A stretch of DNA of 64,000 bases from Chloroflexota bacterium (GTDB lineage Bacteria > Chloroflexota > Anaerolineae > Aggregatilineales > UBA3940), in the NCBI GenBank assembly GCA_036679085.1, contig JAZIGM010000057.1, positions 146,635 to 210,634 on the forward strand, given 5' to 3'. Every line of letters starts with the position of its first letter. Position 1 is the stretch's first letter. The translations under genes and the position numbers were made by a program. A model generated the notes under the pieces. It worked only from the letters and a program-made list of their open reading frames with translations, was not told the origin of the DNA and ran no database searches. Shown here piece by piece: positions 1-10,403 of this stretch.

Positions 1-612
1 TGCGCCACGTCATCCCCGTACAGATCAGCCAGCGTCGCGCGGACCACACCGCCGATGATGCTGTTGGCCTGCTCGGGCGTTGCCGCGCGGCCCGTACCGA
101 TCGCCCAGATCGGCTCGTAGGCGACGACCACGCCACGCGCCTGCTCCGCACTGATGCCGTCGAACGCCGCGCGCACCTGCCCGCTGACCCACGACTCCGT
201 CTCGCCCGCCTCGTTTTGCTCCAGGCTCTCACCGACCGCCACGATGGGCAGCAGGCCGTGCTTCAGCGCCGCCTTGAGCTTCTTGTTGACGGTTTCGTCC
301 GTCTCGCCGAAGTATTGCCGCCGCTCCGAGTGCCCGATGATCACCATGTCGGCAATGCCCTTGAGCATCACCGGGGAAACCTCGCCGGTGTACGCGCCTT
401 CGTCCTCCCAGAACATGTTCTGCGCGCCGACCTTGATGTTGGTGCCCCGGAGGCACCTCACGCACTGCCGGGATGGCGACGAAGGGCGGGCAGACGCCGC
501 TCGTCACGCTGTCGATCTCGCTGAGCGGCCCTTTAAGCTGCTCCACCAGCGCAACGGCCTCATCGATGGTTTTGTACATCTTCCAGTTGCCGGCCATGAA
601 CGGTTTACGCAT
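1..612 (-). CDS. tpiA: triosephosphate isomerase; 3' end runs off the window; frame broken by an apparent 1-nt insertion near 447-453
   Basis: ORF 229..612 starts [15 protein letters not shown]...[14 protein letters not shown], then loses TIM similarity. My translation of another minus frame below 446 gives [43 protein letters not shown]...[18 protein letters not shown]. Confidence 0.9.
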
Positions 613-795
613 CAGGAACTCCCTTCGTCCTGTGGGTGATTGTCAAAGCAGGAGAGTAGTGGAGCCGGGATTCCCCGGCTCCATTCCATTGTACCATAAG
701 GCGATGTACGGCCTGGGCAGGGCAACCCTTGCATGGAGCGGCCTGCCGCTCAAATGTTAAGGGGAGCCGCGAAGCGGCGGGCTTTGCTCCTTGCC

Positions 796-1995
796 CTACT
801 CCTTGTCGTCGAGCGCGGCGAGGCCCGGCAGCACCTTGCCCTCAAGCATCTCCAGGCTGGCGCCGCCGCCCGTGCTGACGTGCGTCACGCGGTCGGCGAG
901 GCCCGCCCGCTGGATGGCCGCCGCCGAATCGCCGCCGCCGATAATCACCGTCGCGCCCTGGTCGGCCAGATCGGCGACCGTCCGCGCGATGGCATTCGTG
1001 CCCTCAGCGAAGGGCGCCATCTCGAACACACCCATCGGGCCGTTCCACACGACGGTCTTCGCACCGGCCAGCTCACCGGCAAACGCCTTGACCGTCTCCG
1101 GGCCAACGTCCAGCGCGCGCCAGCCATCCGGCACGCCCCGCTCCCGGTCGATTGTGTCCCGCTGTGCGTTCTCGTCGAACGCGTCCGCAATCACGAGGTC
1201 CACCGGCAGCACGATCTTGCCGCCGGCCCGGCTCATCAGGTCCTTCGCAGTCTCGACGGAGCTTTCCTCGACGAGCGACTCACCCATCTTGACGCCTTCC
1301 GCCGCGAGGAAGGTGTTCGCCATGCCGCCACCGATCAGGATCTTGTCGGCCTTCTCCAGCAGGGACTCGATCACGCCGATCTTGTCGGAGATCTTCGCGC
1401 CGCCGAGGATGGCGACGAAGGGACGCGCCGGGTTGGCGATGGCGTTGCCCAGGAACTCGATCTCCTTCTCCATCAGCAGCCCGGCAACCGAGGGCAGATA
1501 CTCCGTCACGCCGACGGTGCTGGCATGAGCGCGGTGCGCGGAGCCAAACGCGTCGCTGACGAACACGTCGCCCAGCTCGGCAAGCTGCCGCGAGAATTCG
1601 GGGTCGTTCTTCTTCTCGCCATCGTAGAAGCGGGTGTTCTCCAGGATCAGCACGCCGCCTTCCGGCAGGTTCTCAAGCGCCTGCTTCACCTTGTCGCCGA
1701 CGGTGTCGTCCACGAACTGCACGTCGCGGCCCAGCTTCTCGGCGAGCACGGGCGCAGTCGGCGCCAGCGAGAACTCCGGCGCGGGCTGCCCGGCCTTGGG
1801 GCGGCCCAGGTGGGACATCAGCAAAACGGCGCGAGGGTTCTGGCTCAGCACGGCCTGAATGGTCGGCACTGCCGCCTCGATACGGGTGGCATCGGTCACG
1901 CGACCATTCTCAATCGGCACGTTGAAGTCGACGCGCATCAGGACCCGCTTGCCGGTGAGGTCGATGTCACGGATGGTCTTCTTATTCATCTGCAT
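796..1995 (-). CDS. pgk: phosphoglycerate kinase
   Basis: 399 aa; [12 protein letters not shown], full-length PGK-like sequence; lies between gap and tpiA. Confidence 0.97.
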   Translation of the reverse strand: MQMNKKTIRDIDLTGKRVLMRVDFNVPIENGRVTDATRIEAAVPTIQAVLSQNPRAVLLMSHLGRPKAGQPAPEFSLAPTAPVLAEKLGRDVQFVDDTVGDKVKQALENLPEGGVLILENTRFYDGEKKNDPEFSRQLAELGDVFVSDAFGSAHRAHASTVGVTEYLPSVAGLLMEKEIEFLGNAIANPARPFVAILGGAKISDKIGVIESLLEKADKILIGGGMANTFLAAEGVKMGESLVEESSVETAKDLMSRAGGKIVLPVDLVIADAFDENAQRDTIDRERGVPDGWRALDVGPETVKAFAGELAGAKTVVWNGPMGVFEMAPFAEGTNAIARTVADLADQGATVIIGGGDSAAAIQRAGLADRVTHVSTGGGASLEMLEGKVLPGLAALDDKE

Positions 1996-2096
1996 CGGTT
2001 ATTCTCCCTGCAAATAGACGAAAGAGGGGGCGGAGTGGACCCGCCTAGCACGGTAAACACCCGCCCCCTGAGTATAGCCGAACGGAAGGATGCGAT

Positions 2097-3104
2097 TTAG
2101 AGGCGATCGGCAACCATCTTCGCGAGGTCGGCAGTGCGGGTCGAGTAACCCCACTCATTGTCGTACCACGCGATGACCTTCACCATGTCGCCGTTCATCA
2201 CGACGGTGAACTCCGCGTCGACGATGCTGGAGTACGGGCTGCCGATGATGTCGCTGGAGACGATCGGCTCGGTCTCGAACTTGAGGATGCCCTTCAGCGA
2301 GCCTTCCGCTGCCTCGGCAAACGCCGCATGCAGGTCCTCGGTCGTCGTCGGGCGCTCCAGCGTGGCGACGAAGTCAACCACCGACCCGGTCGGGACGGGG
2401 ACGCGCATCGCCATACCGTCGAACTTGCCCTCCAGTTCGGGGATGACCAGGCTGACGGCCTTGGCCGCACCCGTCGAGGTGGGGATGATGTTCTGGGCAC
2501 CGGCGCGAGCACGGCGCAGGTCCTTGTGCGGGCCGTCAATGATGTTCTGCGTGCTGGTGTAAGCGTGGACGGTCGTCAGCAGGCCCTTCACGATGCCGAA
2601 GCACTCGTGGACGACCTTCGCCGCCGGAGCAAGCGCGTTCGTCGTGCAGCTTGCGTTCGAAATGACGTGGTGCTTGTCGGGGTCGTAAGCGTCCGAGTTG
2701 ACGCCGAGCACAACGGTGAGGTCCGGGTCCTTGGACGGGGCGCTGATGATGACCTTCTTCGCACCCGCCTCAAGATGCTTGGCGGCCTGCGCCCGCTGCT
2801 TGAAGACGCCGGTCGACTCGATCACGATGTCAACGCCCAGGTCGCCCCAGGGCAGCTTGGCCGGGTCGCTCTCGGAGAACGCCTGCACGAAGTCGCCAGC
2901 GACGACCAGCCCATCCTCGCGCACCTCGACATCCTCGTAGCGGCCATAGACGGTGTCGTACTTGAACAGATGCGCCATCGTCTGCAGGTTGCCGAGGTCG
3001 TTGAAGGCCACGACATCGAGCTCGTTCGGGTAGCGCTCCTTAAGAATCTTGAGGACGTTGCGACCGATACGGCCAAACCCGTTGATGCCGACTTTAACAG
3101 CCAT
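2097..3104 (-). CDS. gap: type I glyceraldehyde-3-phosphate dehydrogenase
   Basis: 335 aa; [17 protein letters not shown], active site [21 protein letters not shown]. Confidence 0.97.
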   Translation of the reverse strand: MAVKVGINGFGRIGRNVLKILKERYPNELDVVAFNDLGNLQTMAHLFKYDTVYGRYEDVEVREDGLVVAGDFVQAFSESDPAKLPWGDLGVDIVIESTGVFKQRAQAAKHLEAGAKKVIISAPSKDPDLTVVLGVNSDAYDPDKHHVISNASCTTNALAPAAKVVHECFGIVKGLLTTVHAYTSTQNIIDGPHKDLRRARAGAQNIIPTSTGAAKAVSLVIPELEGKFDGMAMRVPVPTGSVVDFVATLERPTTTEDLHAAFAEAAEGSLKGILKFETEPIVSSDIIGSPYSSIVDAEFTVVMNGDMVKVIAWYDNEWGYSTRTADLAKMVADRL

Positions 3105-3158
3105 CTTGTGTGTCTCCTTTGTTGACCGTTAACAAGAAAAGTTGCTGGCTGAGCTAAC

Positions 3159-4490
3159 TCAGCCCGTGGAGCGGACGCGCGCTGTTGTTGTGCTGTCGCT
3201 CGCCTCCGCCAGTAACTTCATTAAGGTTTCCGCCAGCCGGGCCGCGTCGTGTCGCCACGGACGCTGCTCGTCCACCAGCGGAGCCGTTACTATTTTAGCA
3301 CCGCTTCCAACAACACCATGGTTATTTTCAGCCAAAGCTACGTAGCTAAAGTTCATATCTTCACCGGCGTCGAGGAAGCGATCGTTGGCCAGCACGAGGT
3401 CAAACAGGCCGGGGCCGACGTGCCGCTCGATGGCGCGGACGTGGTCCTCCACGCTGTAGCCGTCTGTCTCGCCCGCCTGGGTGGCGACGTTGCACACGTA
3501 CACGCGCAGCGCCCGGCTGTGGCGAACCGCCTCGCCGATGCCCTGCACCAGCAGGTTAGGCAGGATGCTGGTGTAAAGGCTCCCCGGCCCGATGACGACC
3601 AGGTCGGCGGAGAGGATAGCACGCACGGCGTCGGGGTATGCGGGGACGTTGTCGGGCTTCAGGAAGACCCGCTCGATCACGCCGTGCACCTCCGGGATGG
3701 CGGACTCGCCCTCGACGCGCCGCACGTTGTTGGTCTGCACCTCGCGCAGATCGGCCATGAGCGTCACGTCGGAGAGCGTGGAGGGCAGCACTCGCCCGCG
3801 CACGGCGAGCACGCGGCTGCTCTCGATCAGCGCCTGCTCGAAGCTGCCCGTCACCCCGCTCAGCGCGGTAATGAACAGGTTGCCGAAGCTGTGCCCCTCC
3901 AGGCCGCCCTCACCGAAACGGTACTGGAAAAGCTGCGTCATCAGGTTCTCGTCGCGGGCGAGCGCGGCGAGGTTGTTGCGGATATCGCCGGGGGGCAGCA
4001 CGCCGAGGTCGCGGCGCAGGCGTCCCGAACTGCCGCCGTCGTCGGCGACGGTCACGATGGCGGTGATGTTCGAGGTGTGCGCCGTGAGGCCGCGCAGCAG
4101 CGTCGGCAGGCCGGTTCCCCCGCCGATGGCGACGACCTTCGGCCCGCGCCCGCGCTGGCGATACTCCATCATGGCGTCCACAATGTCACGGCTGCCGATG
4201 TCCAGCGGCGTGAAGATCGCCTGGCCGATACGGGTCAGCGCCAGCCCGACCATCACCGCGCCAATCACGCCGGCAATCAGCGCGCGTATCCAGGGCGGCG
4301 AGCCGCCGAGCGTGAGGATGAATTCGACGGGCGGTATCGGGTAAGATCGGAAAAGTTGCAGCAGCATCAGGGCAAACCCCAGCGCGAGGATCGTCACGCC
4401 GAGGAAGAGCAAGAGCAGCCAGCGCTTGACACCGAGGCCCGGCGTCAGCCACTTGCGAAGGGTGTGAGTCGGCTGCGTGCGAGGTTTCAC
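3159..4490 (-). CDS. YvcK/CofD-like (UPF0052) gluconeogenesis-factor family protein with N-terminal membrane anchor
   Basis: 443 aa; VVAIGGGTGLPTLLRGL, AIVTVADDGGSSGRLRRDLGVLPPGDIRN; hydrophobic N-terminus. Confidence 0.8.
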   Translation of the reverse strand: MKPRTQPTHTLRKWLTPGLGVKRWLLLLFLGVTILALGFALMLLQLFRSYPIPPVEFILTLGGSPPWIRALIAGVIGAVMVGLALTRIGQAIFTPLDIGSRDIVDAMMEYRQRGRGPKVVAIGGGTGLPTLLRGLTAHTSNITAIVTVADDGGSSGRLRRDLGVLPPGDIRNNLAALARDENLMTQLFQYRFGEGGLEGHSFGNLFITALSGVTGSFEQALIESSRVLAVRGRVLPSTLSDVTLMADLREVQTNNVRRVEGESAIPEVHGVIERVFLKPDNVPAYPDAVRAILSADLVVIGPGSLYTSILPNLLVQGIGEAVRHSRALRVYVCNVATQAGETDGYSVEDHVRAIERHVGPGLFDLVLANDRFLDAGEDMNFSYVALAENNHGVVGSGAKIVTAPLVDEQRPWRHDAARLAETLMKLLAEASDSTTTARVRSTG

Positions 4491-4894
4491 GGTTCGCTCT
4501 CTAGGCTGCCAGCATGCAGGAGGCGAGCCGCTCCGGGCATCCCGAAACGGCCTGCAAGGTGCTCGTCGGGGGCTTACGTGCGCAATTCATGATACCCAGA
4601 CGCGCGGGCAGTGTCAAAGAGGTGGGCCACCCCTCTATATCGGTGGTCGCCCTGCGACCCACCATCTCCCCCTGCTAGGGGGCGATCAGTCGAACGGCAA
4701 GATAAACTGCCCCTGATAGGGGGAAGTGGCAGCCCGCAGGGCCGTCGAAGGGGACCACCGCGCACTCCCTAGCCGGAAATCAACCGCCGAGGGCTGACAT
4801 TCAGCAGCGCATCACACGCAAAAGGCACCTTGAAACGGCAGTAGCTTCGGTGCTACAACTGGTGTGGTTACCGAGTTAGGCAAGGAGAACTCTA

Positions 4895-6124
4895 ATGGCA
4901 AATTTCGATCTCACCCGACTGCTGGCAAAAGATAACGGCGGTAAGATCATCCTCCTGGTGTTAGACGGTCTTGGCGGGCTGCCGATGGAACCCGGCGGGC
5001 CAACCGAGCTTGAGGCCGCATCAACCCCCAACATGGACCGGCTGGCGCAGGAAGGCACCACCGGCATGTCGATTCCCATCGCGCGGGGCGTCGAGCCCGG
5101 CAGCGGCCCCGGCCACCTCGCGCTGTTCGGCTATGACCCGCTGCGCTACAGTATCGGGCGCGGCGCGCTGGAAGCGGCGGGCATCGGGCTTGACCTGCGC
5201 CCCGGTGATGTCGCCGCACGCGGCAACTTTGCCACTATCGACGAGAACGGGCTGATCGTCGACCGACGCGCCGGGCGCATCTCGACCGAGAAGGGCGCGG
5301 AGGCCGTCGCCGACCTCAAGAAGATCGTGCTGCCGGGCGTGGAGACGATCGTCGAGGAGGTGAAGGAGCACCGCTTCGTGCTGCTCATGCGCGGCGAGGG
5401 GCTTGACCCGCGCGTCGAGGAAACCGACCCGCTGGAGGTCGGCAAGCCACCGCTCAAGTGCGAGCCCGAGCCGGCGGCAAAGGAGATCATCGCCGCCCAG
5501 CACACCGCGGACCTCGTCAACCAGTTCATCGCTGAGGCCGCCGAGCGGCTTAAGCCGCACTACCCCGCCAACTTCATCAACCTGCGCGGGTTCGCCAGCG
5601 ACCCGGCGCTGCCCAAGTTCAAGGATGTGTACAAGCTGAACGCCGCGTGTGTCGCGGTGTACCCGATGTACCAGGGTGTGAGCCGCCTGGTCGGGATGGA
5701 CGTCATCCCGACGAAGCCGATGGACTCGCCGGAAGACGAGTTCAACCTCGTGGCGCAGCACTGGGACAGCTACGACTTCTTCTTTGTGCACATCAAGTAC
5801 ACAGACAGCCGGGGCGAGGACGGCAACTTCGATGCGAAGGTGGATGTGATCGAGCAGGTGGACGCCGCGCTGCCCATTCTGCTCAACCTGAACCCCGACA
5901 CGCTGATCATCACCGGCGACCACTCGACGCCCGCCAAGATGAAGCAGCACTCCTTCCACGAGGTGCCGACGCTGTTCTGGGCCCCTGCGATCGTCCGGCC
6001 CGACGAGGTGACGGCGTTCGGCGAGCGGACCTGCGTGCGGGGCGGGCTGGGGTTCTTCCCCGCCACCGACATCATGATGTACGCGCTGGCCCACGCCGGT
6101 CGGCTGGGCCGCTACGGGGCATAG
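4895..6124 (+). CDS. apgM: cofactor-independent phosphoglycerate mutase, archaeal-type (ApgM family)
   Basis: 409 aa; KIILLVLDGLGGLP, ITGDHSTP; AAGGAG Shine-Dalgarno upstream; possible promoter TTGAAA(4830)-18-TACAAC(4854). Confidence 0.85.
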   Translation: MANFDLTRLLAKDNGGKIILLVLDGLGGLPMEPGGPTELEAASTPNMDRLAQEGTTGMSIPIARGVEPGSGPGHLALFGYDPLRYSIGRGALEAAGIGLDLRPGDVAARGNFATIDENGLIVDRRAGRISTEKGAEAVADLKKIVLPGVETIVEEVKEHRFVLLMRGEGLDPRVEETDPLEVGKPPLKCEPEPAAKEIIAAQHTADLVNQFIAEAAERLKPHYPANFINLRGFASDPALPKFKDVYKLNAACVAVYPMYQGVSRLVGMDVIPTKPMDSPEDEFNLVAQHWDSYDFFFVHIKYTDSRGEDGNFDAKVDVIEQVDAALPILLNLNPDTLIITGDHSTPAKMKQHSFHEVPTLFWAPAIVRPDEVTAFGERTCVRGGLGFFPATDIMMYALAHAGRLGRYGA

Positions 6125-6198
6125 GCCCTTACCCCCTTCCATCCTCTCCCGGTCGCGACTTGGCGCTGGGAGAGGGAAAGCTATGTCACAGAATCACG

Positions 6199-6285
6199 GT
6201 AGGGGCGGGTCTAATGATGCGGTCGATGCGAAGCATCGCGCATCACGACCCGCCCCTACGGATAGCCGCGAAGTTTATTCGCGGC
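6199..6285. repeat. nested hairpin element (GTAGGGGCGGGTC outer stem with 35-nt insert) followed by GCCGCGAAGTTTATTCGCGGC hairpin
   Basis: Outer arms 6199-6211 and 6247-6259. Related copies at 34570, 48606, 60549; second hairpin 6265-6285 recurs at 29363, 34657, 60633. Confidence 0.8.
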
Positions 6286-7018
6286 GGCGATTCGATCTAT
6301 CCCTCCGCCGGGCCCACCACGCCACCGCGCCGATGATCAGCGCCTCGACCAGCGCGCCGCCGAACATCAACGCGAAGGCGTCTATCCAGAAGCGGATGGG
6401 GAACAGGCGGATGAGCGTGTCGGACGTGAGGAAGATCCAGCTATCGCCCTCAAAGAACATCGCATGGAACTGCGTGAACAGCCAGTCGAACGAGGTCGCA
6501 ACGGCGACCAGTCCCAGCACGATCAGCGCGACGGTCAGGGCGCTCCCGGCGAGCAGCGACGACCACAGCACCCGCCGCCTCGGCGGGCTGAGCGTCAGTA
6601 GCACCACGCACACCCCGAAGAGTAACAGCAGCCCGTAACCGAACGTCTGAAGCTGCTGCGTCACGATCTTCACGTCGAGCATGTGCGAAAGCTCGCGCTC
6701 GTTGTAGAGCGGCGAGCCGTCCGGGAAGGTCTCGTCGCCGAGGAACTCGATCCCCGCGTCGTTGAACAGATAGGCCAGCGCGTGCTCGCCGTGCTCCAGC
6801 CGCTCCGCCTGCGTAAAGCCGTATGGGTCGGCGGGGAAATTCGGGCGGCTGTACTCCCAGCGCAGATACCAGGGGTTCATCAGGATGCGGGCGTTGAGCA
6901 GCACCAGCACGAGCGGCAGCGCCCCCACGATGACCACGCGGCAGATCGCCACGACCCAGCCGGGCAGGCGCAGGCCGCGGCCTGCAGGCGCGCCGGTAAT
7001 GGTCGGTTCAGAGTCCAT
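6275..7018 (-). CDS. TIGR01906/DUF1461-like integral membrane protein
   Basis: 247 aa with several hydrophobic segments; motif ERELSHMLDVK resembles the DUF1461 family. Family assignment is from memory only. Confidence 0.55.
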   Translation of the reverse strand: MDSEPTITGAPAGRGLRLPGWVVAICRVVIVGALPLVLVLLNARILMNPWYLRWEYSRPNFPADPYGFTQAERLEHGEHALAYLFNDAGIEFLGDETFPDGSPLYNERELSHMLDVKIVTQQLQTFGYGLLLLFGVCVVLLTLSPPRRRVLWSSLLAGSALTVALIVLGLVAVATSFDWLFTQFHAMFFEGDSWIFLTSDTLIRLFPIRFWIDAFALMFGGALVEALIIGAVAWWARRRDRSNRRRE

Positions 7019-7108
7019 GAGTCAGCCTCCGGATGGCAGATGGCCTATAGCTTATGGCGTATGGCTTGTTGAGCATTTACTAATTAACGGCTTAACCGTC
7101 AAATGGAT

Positions 7109-7173
7109 GGTAGGGGCCGGTCGTGATGCTTTGCACCATAGGCCCTGGGCGGCTCTGAGAGCCGCCCCTACCC
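7109..7173. repeat. degenerate member of the GTAGGGGC.. nested hairpin family
   Basis: ggtaggggccggtcgtgatgc...gggcggctctgagagccgcccctaccc. Confidence 0.6.
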
Positions 7174-7229
7174 ATGCAAGTTGACCTGTCCGTAAGCCAT
7201 AGAGCGAGCGCAGCGAGCGGCCATACGCC

Positions 7230-8867
7230 CTACTCACACGGCAGATCACCCGCGCCGCTCAGCACAAAGTTCACAAGGATCGCATCGGTCATCAACTCCG
7301 TCGGGGCGCGGTCGTCGGTAAAGACCACGCCGCCCTCCGGCGTCGGGTGGATCTGCTCGTAGGCGCTCGCCAGCACCTTCGGCAGCAGCGGATGTGTATC
7401 GGGCGGGAGCAGTTCCAGGTTGGCGAGCAGGTTCTCCGGCTCGGTCGGCTCGATCGTCGCCACGACGATGCTGTTGCACGTGTTCGGCACGTCGATGACG
7501 TGCACGGACGGGAACACCTCACCGAGCGTGGCGGAGAACGCCTCGATCAGCCGCCGGTCGTTCACGGTGCGCCCCACGTTGATCGCCACGACGCCGCGTG
7601 GGTTCAGGTGGCTGCGCACCTCCTCGAAAAACTCCCGCGTGGTCAGGTGCCAGGGGATATACGGCAGCTTGTACGCGTCGATGCCGACGACATCATACGA
7701 TTTCTCCGACGTGAGCAGCCCGAAGCGGCCATCCTGCACGATCACGTTCAGGTTAGGCTCGTTCATGTCGAAGTACTTGCGCCCCACCTCAACAATCGCC
7801 GGGTCGATCTCAAAGCCGTCGATCGGGATCGGCCCAAAGACCCGCGTGTACTGCTTGGGCGTCGTACCGGCGGCCAGCCCGACCATCGCCATGCTGCGCA
7901 CGTCGGCGGGCGTAAAGGGCGGATCGTTGAAGAACGGCGCGGCGAGATAGTAATCCCACGTGCCGCCCGTCTCGATGAAATCCGGGTAGTTGGGGTAGTA
8001 CATCGAGTGGATACCCTGCCCCTCGTTGAGCAGCAGCAGGTTGGCCTCACCCCAGCGCGCCACCTGGATGTAGTTGTAGGCCGACTCATCCTCGTAGATC
8101 GTCTCTGCGCCGAGCGGCGGCGGGCGCAGGCTGCCGCGCAGCGTCAGCGCCGCCAGCACAGCCAGCACGATCGGCATCCACAGGTAGACGACCACGCGCC
8201 GCCAGCCGAGCATCGCCAGCCCGGCGAAGGCGACGAGCATCAGCAGCCCGGCGAACAGCAGGAAGGTAAAGCTCGTGCCGATGGTCGGGATGAGCAGCAG
8301 CACAGGCAGGAACGTCCCGACGATGCTACCGACGGTCGAGATGGCATACATCCGCCCGGAGACGCGCCCGGCGCTGGCTGTGTCCTCGATGGCCAGGCGG
8401 ATAGCAAACGGCGAGACGGTCCCCAGCAGCGTGACCGGCACTGCGAACAGGATCAGCGTCACGGCGAACGACCCGGCCATCGCCGCCGCGTTAACGCTCA
8501 GCACGGCGCGGGCCGCAAGCTGCAAAACAGGCCGCGCCACGACCGGCACCAGCCCCGCCGTAAACGCACCCCACAGGATGAGCCGGTAGAACGTGCTCAG
8601 GTACGGCGAGCGGTCGGCGATGCGCCCGCCGAGGAAGTAGCCCGCCGTCAGGTAGATGAGGATCAGGCCGATGATGTTGGCCCAGACGAGGTTGCTCGTG
8701 CCAAAGACCGTCCCCAGCAGGCGCGAGGCGCTCATCTCGATGCCCAGCGTACACAGCCCGCCCATAAAGACGACGAGGTACAGGTAGCGGCGCTGCGTTC
8801 CAGTCAGCCGGGCCGGAGCCGCCGCGCGGATGGTGTCGGTTGCGGTCAAAGGATCTCCTCCGTTCAT
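7230..8867 (-). CDS. fused polytopic membrane domain / spermidine synthase-like protein
   Basis: 545 aa; N-terminal half has multiple TM segments; C-terminal half is spermidine-synthase-like (VGLAAGTTPKQY, YDVVGIDAYKLPYIPWHLTTREFF). Confidence 0.8.
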   Translation of the reverse strand: MNGGDPLTATDTIRAAAPARLTGTQRRYLYLVVFMGGLCTLGIEMSASRLLGTVFGTSNLVWANIIGLILIYLTAGYFLGGRIADRSPYLSTFYRLILWGAFTAGLVPVVARPVLQLAARAVLSVNAAAMAGSFAVTLILFAVPVTLLGTVSPFAIRLAIEDTASAGRVSGRMYAISTVGSIVGTFLPVLLLIPTIGTSFTFLLFAGLLMLVAFAGLAMLGWRRVVVYLWMPIVLAVLAALTLRGSLRPPPLGAETIYEDESAYNYIQVARWGEANLLLLNEGQGIHSMYYPNYPDFIETGGTWDYYLAAPFFNDPPFTPADVRSMAMVGLAAGTTPKQYTRVFGPIPIDGFEIDPAIVEVGRKYFDMNEPNLNVIVQDGRFGLLTSEKSYDVVGIDAYKLPYIPWHLTTREFFEEVRSHLNPRGVVAINVGRTVNDRRLIEAFSATLGEVFPSVHVIDVPNTCNSIVVATIEPTEPENLLANLELLPPDTHPLLPKVLASAYEQIHPTPEGGVVFTDDRAPTELMTDAILVNFVLSGAGDLPCE

Positions 8868-9108
8868 TACGTGAGGGAGATTATAGCTTACGCAGGGCGA
8901 GGTGACACGGTGGGCTTCACCTGCCGAACCCCCTCCGCCGGTGCTTGCTTGCGAGCTACCACCTCCCCTTGCAAGGCGGAGGTCAGTCGAGCGGCGCCCT
9001 GGGCACAGCGGGGCTGGGTGGGGGTTCCAGTGAGAGCCAACTCAGGAGCGAGAAGGCGCAGCATGCTGTGCCCCCTACCGCATGTTACTCGTGTTATTCA
9101 AATATCCA

Positions 9109-9138
9109 ATCTGTGATATCTGTGTCATCTGTGGACTT
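9109..9138 (+). repeat. three tandem 9-mers ATCTGTGNN ending in GTGGACTT (module K)
   Basis: atctgtgat atctgtgtc atctgtgga ctt. Related copies at 10321, 10359, 57490(-), 60681, 60710. Confidence 0.75.
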
Positions 9139-9224
9139 CCCTCCCCGTTAGGCCAACCTCCCCGACCTGCGCTATAATCACCGCAGCGACTCATCGAACA
9201 TCTAATCTATTCAAAGGGCTCATC

Positions 9225-10256
9225 ATGGCAGACGACGATCGTCTCGTCTCGGGCAGCCGGAAACTCGACGAAACCGAGAACCTCGACGCGGCGCTGCGCC
9301 CCCGTTCGCTCGACGACATCTACGGGCAGGACAGCCTCATCGAGCGGCTTCGCATCCTGATCGAAGCCGCGAAGGCGCGCGGCGAAGCGCTCGACCACAT
9401 CCTCTTCTACGGGCCGCCGGGCCTCGGCAAGACCTCGCTCAGCCATGTGATGGCGCACGAGATGGGCGTAAACATCCGCATCACTGCCGGGCCGGCCATC
9501 GAGCGCGCCGGCGACCTCGCCGCCATCCTGAGCACGCTGCGCAAGGGCGACATCCTGTTCATCGACGAGGTGCACCGGCTGGGCCGCGCGGTCGAGGAGG
9601 TGCTGTACCCGGCGATGGAGGACTTCGCGCTGGATATCGTGATCGGCAAGGGGCCGAGCGCGCGCAACGTCCGCCTGAAACTGCCGCGCTTCACCGTCAT
9701 CGGCGCGACGACGCGGCTGGCCCTGATGACCGCCCCGCTCCGCGCGCGCTTCGGCGCGGTGTACCGCCTGGACTTCTACAGCGTCGATGCGCTGGTGCAT
9801 ATCATCGAGCGCGCCGCCCGCATGCTCGACGTGCCCATCGACCGCGCCGGTTCGGAGGAGATCGCCCGGCGGGCGCGCGGCACGCCGCGTGTGGCGCTGC
9901 GCCTGCTGCGCCGCGTGCGGGACTACGCGCAGGTCCGCGCCGACGGCATCATCACCAAAGAGGTGGCGCAGCGATCGATGGACCTGATGGAGATCGACGA
10001 GCTGGGGCTGGACGACATCGACCGGCGCGTGCTGCACGCCATCATCGAGAAGTTTGGCGGCGGCCCCGTCGGGCTGGACACCATCGCCGCGTCGATCAGC
10101 GAGGAAGCGGACACCATCATGGACGTGTACGAGCCCTTCCTGCTCCAGCTTGGCTTCATCGAGCGAACGCCGCGCGGGCGTGTCGCTACGCCCCGCGCCT
10201 ACGAGCACCTCGGCATCGAGTACAATCAGACAGAGGAGCAACAGCGCCTGTTTTAG
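9225..10256 (+). CDS. ruvB: Holliday junction branch migration DNA helicase RuvB
   Basis: 343 aa; [15 protein letters not shown] Walker [11 protein letters not shown], full-length RuvB pattern. Confidence 0.96.
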   Translation: MADDDRLVSGSRKLDETENLDAALRPRSLDDIYGQDSLIERLRILIEAAKARGEALDHILFYGPPGLGKTSLSHVMAHEMGVNIRITAGPAIERAGDLAAILSTLRKGDILFIDEVHRLGRAVEEVLYPAMEDFALDIVIGKGPSARNVRLKLPRFTVIGATTRLALMTAPLRARFGAVYRLDFYSVDALVHIIERAARMLDVPIDRAGSEEIARRARGTPRVALRLLRRVRDYAQVRADGIITKEVAQRSMDLMEIDELGLDDIDRRVLHAIIEKFGGGPVGLDTIAASISEEADTIMDVYEPFLLQLGFIERTPRGRVATPRAYEHLGIEYNQTEEQQRLF

Positions 10257-10264
10257 GGTGGGTT

Positions 10265-10379
10265 GTCCACAGATGGGAAGAAAATATGATCCACTAATGA
10301 CACTAATGAAAATTTCAAAACATTCGTGTCATTCGTGTCATTCGTGGACACTACTTTTGTCTGTGTCATCTGCGGACTC
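10265..10379. repeat. module-K cluster with inverted and direct copies of 9-bp-period repeats (CATTCGTGN x3)
   Basis: gtccacagatggg (rev), ccactaatgacactaatg (rev-like), loop aaaatttcaaaa, cattcgtgt cattcgtgt cattcgtgg ac, gtctgtgtcatctgcggactc. Confidence 0.75.
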
Positions 10380-10403
10380 ATTTCCCGGCTGGAGGAGAGG
10401 CTA

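Noticed and set aside
447-453. Programmed ribosomal frameshifting in tpiA, and likewise in ctaB and the anti-sigma gene
   Set aside because: There is no slippery heptamer or downstream stimulatory structure at any of the three sites. The indels differ in sign (+1, +1, -1) and hit unrelated genes, which fits sequence errors or decay better.
733-2100. 455-aa plus-strand ORF, with nested plus-strand ORFs, opposite pgk
   Set aside because: It is antisense to a full-length, clearly conserved pgk. The product is Arg/Ala/Gly/His-rich low-complexity sequence typical of stop-poor antisense frames in GC-rich DNA.
8868-9224. Structured ncRNA (RNase P, SRP, tmRNA, 6S) in the long divergent spacer upstream of ruvB
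   Set aside because: I found none of the conserved signature strings I know for these RNAs. The spacer is largely explained by repeat modules. This was not tested with covariance models.
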